DNA of 64,000 nt from Selaginella moellendorffii (Eukaryota > Plantae > Lycopodiophyta): NCBI RefSeq assembly GCF_000143415.4, contig NW_003314367.1, positions 310,001 through 374,000 of the forward strand. The letters are read 5' to 3'. This document shows positions 60,642-64,000 of the stretch, one piece after another. The position numbers and the translations under genes were made by a program. Positions within the stretch are counted from its first letter, which is position 1, and every line of letters begins with the position of its first letter. The notes beneath the pieces were generated by a model. That model worked only from the letters and a program-made list of their open reading frames with translations. It was not told the origin of the DNA and made no database searches.

Positions 60642-63600
60642 TCACATTTGCAGTGCCTCAGAGAAGCGTTCTCTCAGCCGCTCCACCTTGAGCACCGACG
60701 AATGCTGTTTCCCAAAATATGTCCGGAAGTTGTCGATCAGTATCCTAAGATCGTGTGACACCGCCATCACGCTACGATAATAGTTGTTCTCCAGCCGCTC
60801 GCGAATCACGTCCATGGAGATTGGTAGCGCAATCCTGCATTGTTTGAAAACCTTTAGCTTCTTTCTCAATCGCAAGAGATTTTTCCAACTTGCCTGTCAA
60901 GAAAATCCGGCTTGCTCACGGCCTGCTGCAACCTCCACAAGCCATACTCGTCCTGCGAAAAGCAAAAGTTCGTCAAGCCAAAAGCAAAAGCAAAACCTTC
61001 CTCGAGTCTATGATCGATCGCACAAAAACAAACCTTGGATTGGTTCGAGTGGAGCACCTCGTCCACGATGTCGAGCAGCTCACGCACCTTGTCCTGCTCG
61101 ATCTGTGGCGACTCCCAAGTTAAAGGATTCTCAACGTCGTGAAGCTCCCAGGGGCAGTGGTTCGTCGTCGATGGCTCGTCCTTGTACAGCACACTGATGC
61201 TGTCCCAGGGGCTGTTTGGAAACTCGGGCGACTTTGCCTTCACCTGAGTTATCGTCCCTTCCCACCAGCGACCACCTTCTTCCTCGTCCGACCTCCACCA
61301 CACTTGGCACTTGTCCCGACTGGACCACTTCCTGGCCATGGAGGCCTCGTAGCGGCTTCTCTCCACTATAAAGTCGGCGAAGTCTGTCAGCTCCGGCAAG
61401 TCGACGCTGAAGCTGCTGCCGCGAATCCTGTACCCGTCCCTGAACTCGAGAGTCAGCCGGCAACAAGTGTTCCCCGACACTTCGAGAATGATGTACTCCA
61501 GTCCGGTGATCTCGCAGAACTCGACCGCTTGCAGTTCCCTTTTCACGCTTCTCCAGGGACCATTGTCGTCGAGCCGCTTGTTGTCTAAGTAGTCTTGATG
61601 TCCCTGCGATCGACAGTTTCAGTTCAAACATAATTCAAGACAAGCTCGTTGGATCTCTTACCTGTCGGAAGTACACCACCTCATCACCATACTGTGGGAT
61701 GTAGCGCGTCCGCTCCACCTCTGTCAAGAGTAACCAGGACACGTTGCTCGGACTCCGATGCACCGTGCTCAGGTTTCTCCTCACGTGGAAATCCTTGTAC
61801 CTCGACCCCACGTTCTTCTGCAGCTTCACTTTAAGTCTGCTTGAAGTTCTTCTTTCGGGCTTTCGGCGTCCATTGTCGTCGCTGCTTCTATCCCAGTCCG
61901 AGTCGTCGTAAGACGAGCTAGCTTCCCAGTGTGAGGGACGGCCGACGTTTCTCCTGCTTCTTGTGGACCTGCTGTTGGAGAGACTAACCACGCGACCCTG
62001 CGCCAGCCGTGTACTTCTCCTGCGGCCACCTGAAGCGTGCTCGTCGGCCTCATAACACTCGGTCTGAGTCGCAACTTTGCGAGGCCTTCTCCTTGAGTAG
62101 ACGGCCTTGTTCATATTGCGCTTCATTTGTATATCGTCCACGTCCAGGTCCTCACTTGCCTGCTCTTCCTCGGGCTTGTAAGCATCCTCCAGCGACTCAC
62201 TGTTACTTCCTGGTGAAACCTCTTCGTGGTAATCAGGGTCATTGTCACCATCTGGAGCTTCTCCATTCTGTAAGGACTCATTGCTCAGAAGAGTGTGATT
62301 CTGCTCTCGTCTCTGCTGTTCGTCAAGGTAGTCAGCTGAAAGAGACCTCTCCGACTCGGACTCGCTAATGATCGCCCTTGCCACCACCTTTGTGTCTCCA
62401 TTTTCTACACGAGTCGCTTCAAGGCCTTTCTTGGTATCACAAGGAATGTCTACCAGTTTATCCTCGTCGGAGCTGCTGCTGCTGTGATAAGGCATGCGAG
62501 CACGCTTGGCTGCTTTCCCCTTCTTCCATATGTATCCCTGTTTGTCGTCAGACGAAACAGCTTCAGTGGGTTTCTCGTCCGCGATAAAACCATCTGTTTC
62601 TGGATGACTGTCATTAGCCTCGGCCACGGGGACCTTAGAAGTGCCTTGTTCTGGTATTTCGAGGCTCCGAAAAGTATCCTCGTTGTTGAACGTTTGTGCA
62701 CAGTTTCTCAACTTGAGTACTAACTTTCGCTGAGACCTTGGCCGCCTGCATTCACCCACGTCCGAAGTCTCTGCGGGACTCTTCTTCGGAGGTTCATCGT
62801 CTTCAGGTTCCTGAGTTTCTGTAAGAACTTTCCCGTTGCGTAGAAGCCTCTGGTTCTCGTTCTCTCCAGATGTACCAGGTCTTTTGGCATCCTCAGCGGC
62901 CAGGCGGCGTGCTTCGTTGTCTTCATACTCATGTAAGCTCGAAAACATGGTCAACGCATTCCGAGCTGCCATCCTCATAGGCCTCAATGCATGGTCCGGG
63001 TTTGACTTTCTTATCCGCTTTCTAGACCTCAGCCTCTGCGTTTCCTCAGGCATCAAAAGAGCATTGTTTGACTCCTCCAAGCGCCTGCGCTTTTGCTTCC
63101 TCACCAAGGTTGCGAGTATCTGTAGTGGACAATCACCATTGAAGTTATCAGAGACGCAAAAGCTGGACGTACGTACCTCTCTCTTCTTTTTCCTTGTTCT
63201 TCGGTTACGAAGCCCATCAGAATCGATTTCGTCAATTTCTTTGTCGGTTGTTTCCGATTCACAGATCGTACCACTTTCTTCATTTCCATCCTCGTCACTC
63301 GAGCTTTCTTCGCTCGCGCAGTAATCAGAACCAGAATCGTCACTCAATCCAGTCACTTCTTCATCCCAGTCCATTGCCTCACCATCCGCCGGTTGTTCTA
63401 CCCATCTGTTGCCTTGCTCGTTTGTTTGCTCGATTGCTTGTAGAGCGGCAACTACTGCTTGAGGCTGATCTTGAGGAATGAACGCTGGATCATCAAACGT
63501 TCCCACTGCGAGCTGAACTGATGGTGGTTGCCAGTAGCAACCTAGGAGTCCCAGACGACGTTGCTGGTACGAACTTTGATAAGGTTCTGGATAGGGAATC

Positions 63601-64000
63601 AAGCCTGAAAATGAAACAGAAAAATAAGTTGGACGAGGTGAGAAGTCACCAGCTTACTTGCATCGCACAAGAGATCTTGAAGATTCCTTTGATGAGGAGG
63701 CAACTGAGTTTCCTGTAAAAGAAAGATACTCAGTTTTTGCAAGAACAATACCGGAAAAGAACAACACTCAGGACTAAAACTAAATAAAAGCACTTACATC
63801 ATTTTATTTACCTGATCGAGAACGTTTCCATGAGTATCTCGAACAAGAGGCCGATAATCTCCAAGAAAAAACTAAACAAAACCCGAAAAACAAACAAACA
63901 AAAAAAAGCTGTTAGGAGAAGGAGATGAAGCTAATCTTCCTGATACCTGGTCGTATTTCGCATCTTCGTCGTCTTGACTTGGTGGTGCTCCCGTAGAAAA
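60642..64000 (-). CDS. BRWD/PHIP-like WD40-bromodomain protein, 3' exons (gene continues beyond the window)
   Basis: 655-codon and 226-codon open stretches with DKCQVWWR..RWWEGTI and PEFPNSPWD. Bromodomain-like end ALPISMDVIRERLENNYYRSV. Direct duplicate of ~43960-47575 without the lesions seen there. Confidence 0.88.

Overview
Eukaryotic plant genomic DNA. The very short (about 50 nt) GT-AG introns and PLS-type PPR genes suggest a lycophyte such as Selaginella; this is inference, not checked. Bases 1-28950 are a fully resolvable nested insertion stack. A PPR gene is split by a decayed Ty1/copia element (331-27948, non-canonical TG..CT LTRs). The copia is split by a non-coding LTR element, LARD A (3148-26395). 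The 5' LTR of A in turn holds a young Ty3/gypsy chromovirus (B, 9955-17486) and an inverted relative of A (C, ~18298-26208). Target-site duplications are identifiable at all four insertions. The highlight is element B. Its integrase ORF is interrupted by two short canonical spliceosomal-type introns (47 and 52 nt) whose removal restores a 1557-aa Gag-PR-RT-RH-IN-chromodomain polyprotein. A third candidate intron after the Gag zinc knuckle would, if spliced, give a Gag-only protein. B, A and C also share a multi-hairpin RNA element with compensatory changes and two tRNA T-arm/B-box mimics. Bases 29-40 kb hold a DUF1218 pseudogene, head-to-head non-autonomous Helitrons with captured fragments, and an AT-rich decayed RepHel gene. 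Bases 40-64 kb are a mosaic of direct and inverted segmental duplications: a BRWD/PHIP-like WD40-bromodomain gene (x2), F-box (x2), an intronless P-loop ATPase, lipase and RFC1-like pseudogenes, and a weak MTase-like remnant.
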